Shown: positions 9,924-19,582 of the stretch, piece by piece
Layout: every line of letters starts with the position of its first letter
Position numbering within the stretch: position 1 is the stretch's first letter
NCBI GenBank assembly: GCA_963833095.1
Contig: CAWHWQ010000001.1
Coordinates: 576,001-640,000, forward strand
Source of the DNA: Vulcanimicrobiota bacterium
GTDB lineage: Bacteria > Vulcanimicrobiota > Vulcanimicrobiia > Vulcanimicrobiales > Vulcanimicrobiaceae
Length of the DNA: 64,000 nucleotides
Direction: 5' to 3'
Translations under genes and position numbers: made by a program
The notes under the pieces: model-generated
Seen by the model: only the letters and a program-made list of their open reading frames with translations
What the model was told of the DNA's origin: nothing
Databases searched by the model: none

Positions 9924-10928
9924 CTATCCAGATGGCGACGGAGTCGTACTGGGGGCCGGCGAGGAGGTCGCTGTCGGATTCGGAATGGCGCTTTGCTCGT
10001 CGTTGACTTCGGTGACCGGCGTGACGTCGAGGATCAGCTTGAAATCGGTGCGTGTACGCGCTTTGGCAAACGCCTCGAGCGCGCGCACTTGGCCCGGCGT
10101 GATCGTTTCCTGCGAACGCACGAGCAGATGGGCCTCGGCCGGCTTGGTGACCCAGTCGAAGGTCGCGCCGAGCAAGTCGGCGCGATGAAACGTCACCGTG
10201 CCGTTGACCAGCGCAGAACGTAATTCGGCCTCCAGACGGGCTTGTCGCAGCAATTGCGCCGTACTAAAGGCGAGCGGAACCACCATAACGGCGACTGCGA
10301 ATGCGGTCCAAATCAGTCCGCTACGCGCGCGCAACAAATGCGCGTATCCCGAGACGACGAAAACGATCATCGAGGCAAGCATGATGCCGAACAGGTTCGT
10401 CAGGAACAGCAGCAGCGAACCGAGCGCAAGCGTTCCATTGAGATGCGCGATGCCGATGCCGACGACACAGAGCGGCGGCATCAACGCGACGGCGATCGCC
10501 GTCCCCGCGACTGCCCCGACGACGCTGGGGCGAATGCGCGCGAATCCGGCCACCGCTCCCGCCGCCAGCGCCACGCCTAAATCGAGCAGACCCGGCTGCG
10601 AACGCGAGGTGATCTCGCTGCCAAGCGTCGGAAGCGCGAAAAGGCGCGTGACGATGATCGCAAAAACGATCGCGATCGCGCTCCCCAGAGCGAGCGTCAA
10701 GGCGGCGCGCCGCAATCCCCGCGGATCGCCTTCGAGCGCTGCGAATGCTAGCGCGCCGATTGGCCGGGTAAGCGGCGCAACAATCATCGCGCCGATGATG
10801 ACCGCGACGCTGTTCTCCAAGAGTCCGAAGGTAGCAATCGCGGCTGATGCAAGCGAAAGCACGCCAAAATCGAGGGTAAAACGCCCGTCAGCGAGGGCGC
10901 CCTCGCGCAGATTCGCCGGCTGGATCAT
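9924..10928 (-). CDS. DUF389 family membrane protein
   Basis: AVIIGAMIVAPL and GTAIAVALMPPLCVVG motifs. Start at ATG 10928. Confidence 0.85.
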   Translation of the reverse strand: MIQPANLREGALADGRFTLDFGVLSLASAAIATFGLLENSVAVIIGAMIVAPLTRPIGALAFAALEGDPRGLRRAALTLALGSAIAIVFAIIVTRLFALPTLGSEITSRSQPGLLDLGVALAAGAVAGFARIRPSVVGAVAGTAIAVALMPPLCVVGIGIAHLNGTLALGSLLLFLTNLFGIMLASMIVFVVSGYAHLLRARSGLIWTAFAVAVMVVPLAFSTAQLLRQARLEAELRSALVNGTVTFHRADLLGATFDWVTKPAEAHLLVRSQETITPGQVRALEAFAKARTRTDFKLILDVTPVTEVNDEQSAIPNPTATSSPAPSTTPSPSG

Positions 10929-10997
10929 GAAACGGGCGGTTCGCCGATGGCGCGGAGCGACCCGTTCCGGCGCCGGGCGTAGGATATCATTGGGTGG

Positions 10998-12671
10998 ATG
11001 ATCGCCTTTGCCCGCACCTGCGCGAGCGTCGCCGCCACCAGCAGCAAGCTCGAAAAGATCGCCACTCTCGCAGCCTATCTGCGCGAGCTCGACGACGAGA
11101 ATCTCACGGCGGCAGCGCGCTTCTTCACCGGCAACCCGTTTGCCGCGCGCGAACAAAAGCAACTTTCGATCGGTGGCCGCACGATCGTTGAGGCGGCGCA
11201 CCGGGCATGGGGCGTCACCGATGCACAGCTACGCGCGGGCTATCGCGAACACGGCGACTTGGGTGATGCGCTCGGCCCGCTCGCGCGCGAACCGTTCGAT
11301 CTCGGCCTCTTTCACGACGACAACCTCACGCCCGCGTCACTGGCTGCCATCTTCGAAGAGATCGCCGCCGCCGCCGGGCGATCGGCGGGAAAGCGCCGGC
11401 TTGACCTGTGCGAGCGCATCTTGGGCGCGTGCACCGATCCGCTCGAGGCAAGGTACGTCATCAAGATCATGACCGGCGACTTACGCATCGGTCTGCGCGA
11501 AGGGCTCGTTCACGACGCAATTGCGGTAGCTTTCGATCAAACGCCCGAGCGAATTCGACGTGCGGTCATGGTCGCAGGCGACGTGGGAGCGGTGGCGCGC
11601 GCGGCAAAACACGGCGAGCTCGATACCCTGCGCATTCATCTTGGCTCGCCGATCGGCTTCATGCTCGCGTCACCCATTCTCTACGGCGATGCCTATCCCG
11701 ATCTCGAGGCGCACCGCTGGTACTCCGAAGATAAATTCGACGGCATTCGCGCCCAGGCGCACGTTGTGGGCGAAAACGTCGTTCTTTTTTCGCGTACTCT
11801 CAACGACGTCACTCGTTCGTATCCCGAGATCGCGGCCGCGTTACGCGGGCAGTCGCAAGCGATGTTGCTCGACGGTGAGATCATTGCCGTTCGCGAGGGT
11901 AAGGTGCTGCCGTTTCGCACGCTGCAAGCGCGTCTGCAACGCAAAGAGATCGACGCGAAGCTTCTCGCCGACGTGCCGCTGCAATATGCGGTCTTCGATG
12001 CAATGGCGATCGGTGAGGAGTTCTTACTCGACGTTCCGCTGCACGAACGGCGCGCCCGCCTCGCGCAAGCGCTGGTTCCAAACGAGCGCGTTCTCCTCAC
12101 ACCGTTCGAAGTCGTCGAGCCAGGCACGCCCGCGCAAGCAATCAACGCTCGCTTCGAGGCGGCGCGCTCGCGCGGCCACGAGGGCACGATGTTCAAGCGC
12201 GCGGACGCGCCCTACGCACCGGGACGGCGCGGCAAGTGGTGGCTCAAACTCAAGCGCGAACTCTCCACGCTCGACGTCGTGGTCGTGGGCGTCGAGTGGG
12301 GACATGGAAAGCGCGCGAAGGTGCTCTCGGATTACACGTTCGCCGTCCGCGGCCCCGATGACGATCTTCTCACGATCGGCAAGGCCTACTCCGGCTTAAC
12401 CGATGCGGAGATCGCCGCGCTTACGCCGTGGTTTCTCGAACATCGCGTCGACGGCCGCAGCTACAGTGACGCGTTTGCCGTCGACCCAAAGATCGTCCTT
12501 GAAGTGGCTTTCGACATCGTGCAGAAGAGCACGCTCCACCAAAGCGGCTATGCCTTACGGTTCCCGCGGATCGTGCGCATTCGCGACGACAAGCCGGTCG
12601 CGGAGATCGATACGCTCGCCAATGTCGACGCGATCTACGAAGCCATGCTGCAGCGCGAACGCGGCGATTAA
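10998..12671 (+). CDS. ATP-dependent DNA ligase
   Basis: Adenylation motif EDKFDGIR; LDGE, EGTMFK, WLKLK, LRFPR and RIRDDK. Confidence 0.93.
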   Translation: MIAFARTCASVAATSSKLEKIATLAAYLRELDDENLTAAARFFTGNPFAAREQKQLSIGGRTIVEAAHRAWGVTDAQLRAGYREHGDLGDALGPLAREPFDLGLFHDDNLTPASLAAIFEEIAAAAGRSAGKRRLDLCERILGACTDPLEARYVIKIMTGDLRIGLREGLVHDAIAVAFDQTPERIRRAVMVAGDVGAVARAAKHGELDTLRIHLGSPIGFMLASPILYGDAYPDLEAHRWYSEDKFDGIRAQAHVVGENVVLFSRTLNDVTRSYPEIAAALRGQSQAMLLDGEIIAVREGKVLPFRTLQARLQRKEIDAKLLADVPLQYAVFDAMAIGEEFLLDVPLHERRARLAQALVPNERVLLTPFEVVEPGTPAQAINARFEAARSRGHEGTMFKRADAPYAPGRRGKWWLKLKRELSTLDVVVVGVEWGHGKRAKVLSDYTFAVRGPDDDLLTIGKAYSGLTDAEIAALTPWFLEHRVDGRSYSDAFAVDPKIVLEVAFDIVQKSTLHQSGYALRFPRIVRIRDDKPVAEIDTLANVDAIYEAMLQRERGD

Positions 12672-12892
12672 CGTTTGCGCTGCTCGCGAATGCGACGCGC
12701 GATCTCCTCGGGCGATGGCCCGCTTCGTGTCTCGCGCGGGCCCGTGAGCGAGCGATGCAAATGCGCTCCGCCCACCAATGCCAGCAGTACGATCGCGACG
12801 CCGGCGAGCCAGAGGCGTCCGGGAACCGGGAGTGCCGACGCACTCGCGATAATCACAGCAGCTAACGCGGTGAACGTCTCCCAACGGCGCAT
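12668..12892 (-). CDS. Small hypothetical membrane protein
   Basis: Two hydrophobic segments and a basic tail. Stop overlaps the ligase stop. Confidence 0.55.
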   Translation of the reverse strand: MRRWETFTALAAVIIASASALPVPGRLWLAGVAIVLLALVGGAHLHRSLTGPRETRSGPSPEEIARRIREQRKR

Positions 12893-12988
12893 GCTGCGGG
12901 CGCTTCTCAAGGCAGGGCAACCGAGCCTCTTTTTCCTGGGCGCGCCCTCAGAGGGCCGCCGACGCACAGGCGTCGAAGCTCCCGCGCC

Positions 12989-13393
12989 ATGCCCAAACGT
13001 ATCCTTATGTTAGCGTTCGCCGCTACGGCGCTCGCGCTCGCAGCGTGCAACTCCGGCTATAACCCAAATGACCTATACGGCACGCCGGCGCCGACTTCTA
13101 CGATCGCGCCCACCACGCCGAACCCAACCGTCAGCTCGGCGCTGGTCACCGTCTACGTTTCAAATTCGCCGCTGCCCAACCAGCCGATCAATCTGTACAA
13201 TGATACGAATGGGAACATCGGCTCCTTCATCGCCACGCAAGTGACCGGTTCGACCGGGTCCACGACCTTCACCGGCCTCACGCCCGCGGCGAACTATTGT
13301 TTCACGACCAGCTACACGCCGGCGGGTGGTCTTCCGCAAAATGCATCGCAGTGCGGATTCTATTGGTTCGCCGGAATCACGTTTAGCTTCTAG
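12989..13393 (+). CDS. Hypothetical lipoprotein
   Basis: Lipobox LALAAC, Pro/Thr linker and a beta-rich domain. Confidence 0.75.
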   Translation: MPKRILMLAFAATALALAACNSGYNPNDLYGTPAPTSTIAPTTPNPTVSSALVTVYVSNSPLPNQPINLYNDTNGNIGSFIATQVTGSTGSTTFTGLTPAANYCFTTSYTPAGGLPQNASQCGFYWFAGITFSF

Positions 13394-13408
13394 TCGCGAC
13401 GCGTACAG

Positions 13409-13732
13409 CTAATCTTCGTCTTCGTGCAGATGTAAATGGCAGCCGTCTTCGGCGTCTGAAAGCACGTCGCGCGCTTCACTGAGAACGTTCCCCGAGATCG
13501 GCTCCTGCGGCGGCGTAATGGAGCCTTCGGCGGCAAGAAAATCAGCTTCGCTCCAATCTTCCCACGTTTCGAGCGGCTCATCATCGATCTCGGCCGGAAA
13601 CCGCACGCAGAATCCTTGCTCGATGTGCACGCCCACAACCATGACGCGCGTACCCCGCGGAAAATACGTGCCGTCTTTCCATAGCGTGCCGTAGGTCGTG
13701 TCGTAGTGGTGGCCGACTCTTAGTTGCTCGAT
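13409..13732 (-). CDS. Hypothetical acidic protein with probable ATC start (first ATG at 13642)
   Basis: Frame is open 30 codons upstream of the ATG. GAGGAG lies 6 nt before the ATC at 13732. Confidence 0.55.
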   Translation of the reverse strand: MEQLRVGHHYDTTYGTLWKDGTYFPRGTRVMVVGVHIEQGFCVRFPAEIDDEPLETWEDWSEADFLAAEGSITPPQEPISGNVLSEARDVLSDAEDGCHLHLHEDED

Positions 13733-13742
13733 CGTTCTCTCC

Positions 13743-15353
13743 TCAGTATATGGTGTTCATGGGCCCCGGCCCCACCTCCTCGATGCCATCCGTTCGATCG
13801 TCAGGTGGCGCATCGAGTACCCACAGCGAACGATGCGCCGCGAACTCCTCACCTTCGCTATCGGCGAGGCGCTTGAGTATCCGCGCGATCCGCTTGCCGC
13901 CGATCTCTCGTCCCCACGCGATCGGACCGCGCGGATAGTTGACGCCAAATTCCATTGCGCGGTCGACGTCGTCGGGTAACGCGACCTCTTGCGCGACGGC
14001 CATCATCGCTTCATTGACGATCGATCCCACGACACGACCGAGAAAGAGTCCGGGCTGATCTTCGACCAGCACCACGGCTTTGCCGATCGCCTCGAAGATC
14101 TCTTGCGCAAGCGCCAACGCTTCATCGCCGGTGATCTTTGCATCGACGACTTCGACCGCGCTCTGGTCGTCAAGCGAGCCGAGAATACCATAGCCAACTA
14201 GCCGCTCGGCGTGGCGCAAACGCGGCGCGAGAGCAGCTAGATCCGTTGCATAGGCGTCAACGAAGATCATCGTCGCGGGATCGAGGCGCCGGTCGAGCTC
14301 AACAACAATCTCACCCCGATCGTCGAAGCCGTTCCCAACGTCGATGACAAGCGTTGCCTCGGGATCGAGATGATCGAGCAGGTCGTCGTTCTCGACGCGC
14401 TGCACGCGCTCGACGCGCGCTTCAAGCGCTTGCACGAACGCATCGGCCGTTCCGCCGAAACCGATGACAGCGACGAACTCTTCCAACACGTCGTCAGAGG
14501 TGGAAACGCTAAGGTCGAGGCGCGCGTAGCGCCCGTCTTCGTAGGTGTAGAATCCCGATCCGGTCTTGCGGCCGAGGCGCCCTTGCGCGACGAGTTGACG
14601 CTGCATTGGTTGCGGCGCGAGGCGCTCGCTCTCGAGACGCTCGTAGACCGATTCACTGACCGCGAGATTCACGTCGAGTCCGATCAGGTCCATGAGTTCG
14701 AATGGCCCCATGCGAAAGCCCACGCTACGCGCGAGCGCGTCGAGTTCTTCGATCGATGCAACGCCACGATCCAGCGCCCGCATGGCCTGGAGATAGAATG
14801 GGCGCGCGACGCGGTTCACGATAAAGCCGGGCGTATCGGCGCAATCGGCGCCGGTCTTGCCGATTCGCTCGACAAATTCGTGCGCGCGAGCAAGCGCCTC
14901 ATCCGACGTGCGCTCTGCTGCTACGATTTCGACGAGCTTCATCGCCGCCGGGGGATTGAAGAAATGTAGGCCGAGAACGCGCTGCGGATACTCGCAATCC
15001 TGGGCGAGCTCCGCGACGCTCAAGGACGACGTGTTCGTTGCCAGCAGTGATTCGGGGGAGAGCGCCGCTTCGAGCGCTGCAAACACCGCACGTTTGAGGT
15101 CGAGTCGCTCGGGAACCGCCTCGATCGCGATCGTTGCTTGCGTCTGCTGCGGAATTGCCTCGCGAATGGTGATGCGCGTAGCAATAGCGTCGTCGCCCGC
15201 CCGCTGCGCGTCGCCGGCAATCCGCGCAAGCGCGCGCTCGCGTGACGCCGGATCCGGCTCGACCAGATCAACGCAATAGCCACCACGCGCCGCGACGAAG
15301 GCGATCCCCGCCCCCATCGTACCGCCGCCCACGACTAAGATGAGATCTTGCAC
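13743..15353 (-). CDS. 3-hydroxyacyl-CoA dehydrogenase (PaaH-like, duplicated C-terminal domain)
   Basis: GGGTMGAG, EAVPE, TNTSSL, HFFNP, PGFIVNR, MGPFELMD and NYPRGP. Confidence 0.9.
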   Translation of the reverse strand: MQDLILVVGGGTMGAGIAFVAARGGYCVDLVEPDPASRERALARIAGDAQRAGDDAIATRITIREAIPQQTQATIAIEAVPERLDLKRAVFAALEAALSPESLLATNTSSLSVAELAQDCEYPQRVLGLHFFNPPAAMKLVEIVAAERTSDEALARAHEFVERIGKTGADCADTPGFIVNRVARPFYLQAMRALDRGVASIEELDALARSVGFRMGPFELMDLIGLDVNLAVSESVYERLESERLAPQPMQRQLVAQGRLGRKTGSGFYTYEDGRYARLDLSVSTSDDVLEEFVAVIGFGGTADAFVQALEARVERVQRVENDDLLDHLDPEATLVIDVGNGFDDRGEIVVELDRRLDPATMIFVDAYATDLAALAPRLRHAERLVGYGILGSLDDQSAVEVVDAKITGDEALALAQEIFEAIGKAVVLVEDQPGLFLGRVVGSIVNEAMMAVAQEVALPDDVDRAMEFGVNYPRGPIAWGREIGGKRIARILKRLADSEGEEFAAHRSLWVLDAPPDDRTDGIEEVGPGPMNTIY

Positions 15354-15375
15354 GAGTGGTGTACTTCGCGAAGAC

Positions 15376-15921
15376 ATGGAAAAACCGCTTTGGCGCGTCC
15401 GGTCTTCGACATACCTTATTGAGTCCGATCACCTGCGTATCCGCAGCGATGAAGTCGAGCTGCCCAGCGGCGTCGTGATTCCGCATTACTACGTGCGCGA
15501 ATCGGACGGATTCGTGATGGTATTTGCGCTGACGCCCGCGCGCGAGGTCGTGCTGCTACGCCAATACCGCTACGGTATCGACGAGGTGATCGTAGAACTG
15601 CCGGCCGGAAGCATCGACCGCGGCGAAGATGCGCTCGCTTGCGGGCGGCGCGAACTTGCCGAGGAGACCGGCTACACGGCCTTGCACTTCGAACACCTCG
15701 CCACGATTCCGGCCGAGCCGGTGCGTTCAAATAGCCTCTTGCACGCGTTCATTGCCTTCGACGCGGCGCCGACTGCGGCGCAAGCACTCGATCCGACAGA
15801 AGCGATCGAGCCCTTTACCGTACCGCTCGAGGCGATCCGGCCGATGCTGCGCGCAAACGAGATCGGCGCGCTCAGCTGCGTAGCCGTCGCATACGCGGCC
15901 CTTGACCGTCTCGGGGTGTAA
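15376..15921 (+). CDS. NUDIX hydrolase (ADP-ribose pyrophosphatase-like)
   Basis: QYRY and Nudix box PAGSIDRGE...RRELAEETG. Confidence 0.9.
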   Translation: MEKPLWRVRSSTYLIESDHLRIRSDEVELPSGVVIPHYYVRESDGFVMVFALTPAREVVLLRQYRYGIDEVIVELPAGSIDRGEDALACGRRELAEETGYTALHFEHLATIPAEPVRSNSLLHAFIAFDAAPTAAQALDPTEAIEPFTVPLEAIRPMLRANEIGALSCVAVAYAALDRLGV

Positions 15922-16084
15922 TAGGGCGATTCGGGTGTCGCGGCGTTCTTGCTGCGGCGTATCGCCGGCCCGCCAACCCTTCCGGATGAATCGCTCGCGC
16001 AGACGACCGCGTCGTTTTTGTGCGCGCTCGCTGTTCGGTCGTTCGAGCAGGCTCATCGCGCGCAGCGGGAGGACGTCGAAACCG

Positions 16085-16831
16085 CTAATTCTTGGCTACG
16101 CCATCCGATGCGAGCGTGGCCGTGATGTCGACGGTGACGTTGGTGTACTTCCCTGGTCCGGCCTCTTGACGAACGGTATCGAACTCCTTGAGGTCGGTCG
16201 ATATCGTTTTGGCTAGATCGTAGGTATACGTCGCCGTCCCGTTGACGCGGTTCCCCCCCGATTTCGTTTCATTGTCCGTCTCTTGAATCGTCACCGTGTT
16301 CGCGACAACCGAGCCGACGGTAAAATCAAGCGAAACACCGGCCGCTGCATTCCCCGAATGCCAGTGGCGGCTTGCATCGAGCGCTCCCGGATCGAAAAAC
16401 TTCGGCGACATCGTCTTGAGGACGGCCATCTCTTCGGGATTAACCTCGCCGCCGCAGATGACGTTGGTGGTCGGATATACGACGCATTCGGTGAGGGACG
16501 CGTTGCGGTTGTTCCGCGCGGTCTCGCTCACCTTCGTGACCAAGCCGCCGTCCGGCTCGACGCCGAACACGTCGACGGCAATCGTCCCCATATCGGAGGC
16601 AAGGCCGACGTACGAGGTGTCGCCCGATCCCTCAACCGGGCCTGCACCGGCGCTGGTTTGATTGGCGCTGGCCGCGTACCGATTCGAGGCATTCGTGTCG
16701 TGCTGATCGCTGCGGATGCCGACGCTGAAGTTGTAGACGAGATGACGCTGGACGGCCTGTTGCGCTAGTCCAGGGAGCGGACTCATGGCCACGCAGCAAA
16801 ATGCGGCGGCCGCAAGAGGGCGATAGTCCAT
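16085..16831 (-). CDS. Secreted hypothetical protein
   Basis: GGAGG SD, signal peptide, beta-rich sequence. Confidence 0.7.
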   Translation of the reverse strand: MDYRPLAAAAFCCVAMSPLPGLAQQAVQRHLVYNFSVGIRSDQHDTNASNRYAASANQTSAGAGPVEGSGDTSYVGLASDMGTIAVDVFGVEPDGGLVTKVSETARNNRNASLTECVVYPTTNVICGGEVNPEEMAVLKTMSPKFFDPGALDASRHWHSGNAAAGVSLDFTVGSVVANTVTIQETDNETKSGGNRVNGTATYTYDLAKTISTDLKEFDTVRQEAGPGKYTNVTVDITATLASDGVAKN

Positions 16832-16891
16832 GATGAAACCTCCGGTCGCGTGGGTAGGTACCTTCATCAAGAGTGCCACCAGCTTCCCCTC

Positions 16892-17092
16892 ATGAGGTCC
16901 ACGATGCGCCCGATCCTCTCCACCTTCATCCGACTGACCCTGATCATCGCGCTTGCGATCATCGCGATCGTCCTAGCCGTGGTGGTCCTCAAGGTGGTGC
17001 TGGTCGCCGCCGTGATCGCCGCCGTTGTGGTGGGCGCGCTCTTCCTCTATAACATCGTCCGGCGCCGGTCCCGCGCTCCGGTCATTCGCTAG
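16892..17092 (+). CDS. Small hypothetical membrane protein
   Basis: About 40 contiguous hydrophobic residues followed by RRRSR. Confidence 0.65.
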   Translation: MRSTMRPILSTFIRLTLIIALAIIAIVLAVVVLKVVLVAAVIAAVVVGALFLYNIVRRRSRAPVIR

Positions 17093-17876
17093 CCACCCAT
17101 CCGAGTAGGTGCTCGCTTAACTCGTCTGGCTTTTCAAGCATCGGCACGTGGCCGCTGGCTTGCAGCGTCACCAGCTTGGCCGACGGGAAGGCGCCTGCCG
17201 TCCACGCCGCCTCGGCCGCCGGAATCCCCGGATCTTCCGCACCGCAGACAACCAAAACCGGCATCGTAAGATCGCCCGCTATGTCGTGCGCACCATCGCG
17301 CAACGCCATGCCACGTAGCATTGCAGCGAGTCCACGCGGATCGTTTTTTTCGGCAATCTTCGTGAATTTCTCGCGAATTTCAGGGTGTTCGCGCAGCGTT
17401 GTAGCGCCGAGCGTCGCGTCGCGCATCTCCGCAATGATGCGTTCGGCCGTGCCGCGACGTTCGGCATCGTCGGCGAGTTCGTAACGATGCTGCGCGCGCT
17501 GCGGCGTATCGGCGGTGATGCGGGAACAGACCAACGCGAGGCGGTCGAGACGCTCGACGTACATGCGAGCGAAGGCGAGCGCGACGTAACCGCCGAGCGA
17601 GTGTCCAACGAGCGATGCACGCTCGACGGCGAGCGCATCGAGGACCGCAGCCACGTCGCCGGCGAGCGACTCCATCAAGTACGGACCGTCGGTGACAGTC
17701 GATCCGCCCATGCCGCGCAGGTCCATTGCGACCACGCGAACGTGCCCCGATAGCGCGCGCACCTGCGCATTCCAGATCTGACGCGAGAGTGGAAATCCGT
17801 GGATCAACACCACGGTGTCGTCGCCGTTTCCGCTCACCTCGACGTCGATGCGGACGTCACCGTTGCTCACCAACAT
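17082..17876 (-). CDS. Alpha/beta fold hydrolase
   Basis: HGFP, DLRGMG, GHSLGG nucleophile elbow and GHVP. Confidence 0.9.
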   Translation of the reverse strand: MLVSNGDVRIDVEVSGNGDDTVVLIHGFPLSRQIWNAQVRALSGHVRVVAMDLRGMGGSTVTDGPYLMESLAGDVAAVLDALAVERASLVGHSLGGYVALAFARMYVERLDRLALVCSRITADTPQRAQHRYELADDAERRGTAERIIAEMRDATLGATTLREHPEIREKFTKIAEKNDPRGLAAMLRGMALRDGAHDIAGDLTMPVLVVCGAEDPGIPAAEAAWTAGAFPSAKLVTLQASGHVPMLEKPDELSEHLLGWVASE

Positions 17877-17909
17877 GCGCTGCTACGCTCCGCTCGCACT
17901 TATCAAAAC

Positions 17910-17938
17910 TTGCATTGCTGCCGAGAATACTGTATAAG
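17910..17938 (+). promoter_or_regulatory. Sigma70-type promoter for the histone-like gene
   Basis: TTGCAT-17 nt-TATAAG. Confidence 0.55.
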
Positions 17939-17995
17939 GTAGGCAACTACCCTTGGCTACATCTGTGTAGCCAGAGAAAGGATGACTCCACGCAC

Positions 17996-18295
17996 ATGGC
18001 AGTCAAACGTAAGAAAAAAGCGGCGCCGAAGCGCGCTGCGAAGAAGGCCGCGCCGAAGCGCAAGGCCACCCGGAAGAAAGCCGCGGGCCGCAAGAAGACG
18101 ACCCGCAAGAAGGCTACTCGTAAGAAGGCTACGCGCAAGAAAGCAACGCGCAAGAAAGCCACCCGCAAGAAGGCCACTCGCAAGAAAGCCACGCGGAAGA
18201 AAGCCACTCGCAAGAAGGCCGTTCGCAAGGCCTCCGCTCGCAAAAAGACCCGCCGCAAGACGCGCCGGAAGAAAGCCGCTCCCGCAGCAGCATAA
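17996..18295 (+). CDS. Histone H1/Hc2-like basic nucleoid protein
   Basis: 99 aa, almost only K/R/A/T, with seven tandem RKKAT repeats. Has its own promoter and terminator. Confidence 0.8.
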   Translation: MAVKRKKKAAPKRAAKKAAPKRKATRKKAAGRKKTTRKKATRKKATRKKATRKKATRKKATRKKATRKKATRKKAVRKASARKKTRRKTRRKKAAPAAA

Positions 18296-18321
18296 CTTCC
18301 CGGCTCTTTTTATGGCCTTTA

Positions 18322-18354
18322 GCGAGTCGCACCAAGCGGCTCGCCTTTTTTTTT
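18322..18354 (+). terminator. Intrinsic terminator
   Basis: GCGAGTCGC-ACCAA-GCGGCTCGC followed by a T9 run. Confidence 0.85.
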
Positions 18355-18358
18355 GTCT

Positions 18359-19582
18359 TTACACAGTCCTGATAATCGGGTTGAGCGCGTAGGCCAGCAC
18401 GATGCAGATCAGGCTAATCGCGCCGGCAAACGCGAACGCCACATGCAGACCAACGACGGACGCAACGGCGCCGAGAATGAGCGATCCGGCGGGAACCACG
18501 CCGATGGCAACCATCGTGTACACGGCGATGGCGCGACCGCGAACTGCGTCCGGCGAGAGCATCTGAATCAGCGTATTGGTGGCGCCGAGAAAGGCCAGCG
18601 TACCCACTCCGATCGTGAAAAGTGCCGGCAGCGCTCCCACCACCGAATGGATTGTCGCAAGCGCAATCAAGCCGATTGCCGTGATCACGCCCGCCAGCAG
18701 CCACTGCACCGAACGCGGTTCGCGACCGGCAAACGTGGCCGTCACCAACGCACCGCCAAAACCGCCGATGCCCGCGGCTGCCACCGCCCAACCGAGCGCA
18801 CGCGCGTCGCCCCCAAGGGTGTTGACGACATAGGCCGGGATCAGTTGCGCATAGGGGCGCGCGAAGATTGCCATCACGACGAAGACCGCCACGATCCAAC
18901 GTAAGATAGGGTGCGACATCAAGAATGTGATGCCGCCGCGCATCGCGTGGAGCATCGGTTCGCGCTGCGCGCTCGTGGGTGGCGAAGGTCGCATCATGGC
19001 GACCGCGACCACGACCGCCATCGTCGCCACCGCATTGACGTAGAACGAGCCGGCAACGCCGACCCATACGATCAGGAGTCCAGCGATCGCCGGGCCGATC
19101 ACCGCCGGCGCATTGAACGCAACCGAGTTGAGCCCAATCGCATTGCCGACAAACGCTCGATCCACGAGCAGCGGCATCCAACTCTGACGCACGGGTGAGT
19201 CAAACGCGTTCGCGGCGGCGTTGAACGACGTGATCACGACGAGCCACACGAGATCGAGCCGGCCGAAACTTGAAAGAACCGCGAGCGCCAGTGCGGCGAG
19301 CGCCATGGCGGTGTTGGTCGCAAGGAGCACGCGACGGCGCGGAAGCGTATCGGCAACGACGCCGGCGACCGGTGAAAGCAGCAACACCGGAATTGCGCGC
19401 GCTCCACCGAGGATACCGAGGTCGAGCGCAGCGCGGTGCGGCGAGCCGGCGATCTGCGAAACGAAATATCCCTGCGCGGTAAACTGCATCCAACTTCCCA
19501 GGTTGGAGACGAGCAGGCCGATCCAGAGCAGACGATAATCGCGAAAACGCAGCGCTGCGAAAATGCCCGCGTTAGCGAGCAT
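18359..19582 (-). CDS. MFS transporter
   Basis: Multi-TM; GVVADTLPRRRVL motif A and PDAVRGRA. Confidence 0.9.
   Translation of the reverse strand: MLANAGIFAALRFRDYRLLWIGLLVSNLGSWMQFTAQGYFVSQIAGSPHRAALDLGILGGARAIPVLLLSPVAGVVADTLPRRRVLLATNTAMALAALALAVLSSFGRLDLVWLVVITSFNAAANAFDSPVRQSWMPLLVDRAFVGNAIGLNSVAFNAPAVIGPAIAGLLIVWVGVAGSFYVNAVATMAVVVAVAMMRPSPPTSAQREPMLHAMRGGITFLMSHPILRWIVAVFVVMAIFARPYAQLIPAYVVNTLGGDARALGWAVAAAGIGGFGGALVTATFAGREPRSVQWLLAGVITAIGLIALATIHSVVGALPALFTIGVGTLAFLGATNTLIQMLSPDAVRGRAIAVYTMVAIGVVPAGSLILGAVASVVGLHVAFAFAGAISLICIVLAYALNPIIRTV

Noticed and set aside
15727..16056. 109-aa minus-strand ORF
   Set aside because: It overlaps the NUDIX gene antisense by about 195 nt and has no recognisable motif, so it cannot be supported.
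16892..17092. Second arrest peptide (C-terminal RAPV)
   Set aside because: The motif lacks the final Pro and the next gene is convergent, so there is no downstream target.
17947..18258. Antisense (RVAFL)n ORF
   Set aside because: It mirrors the RKKAT repeat; promoter and terminator support the + strand.
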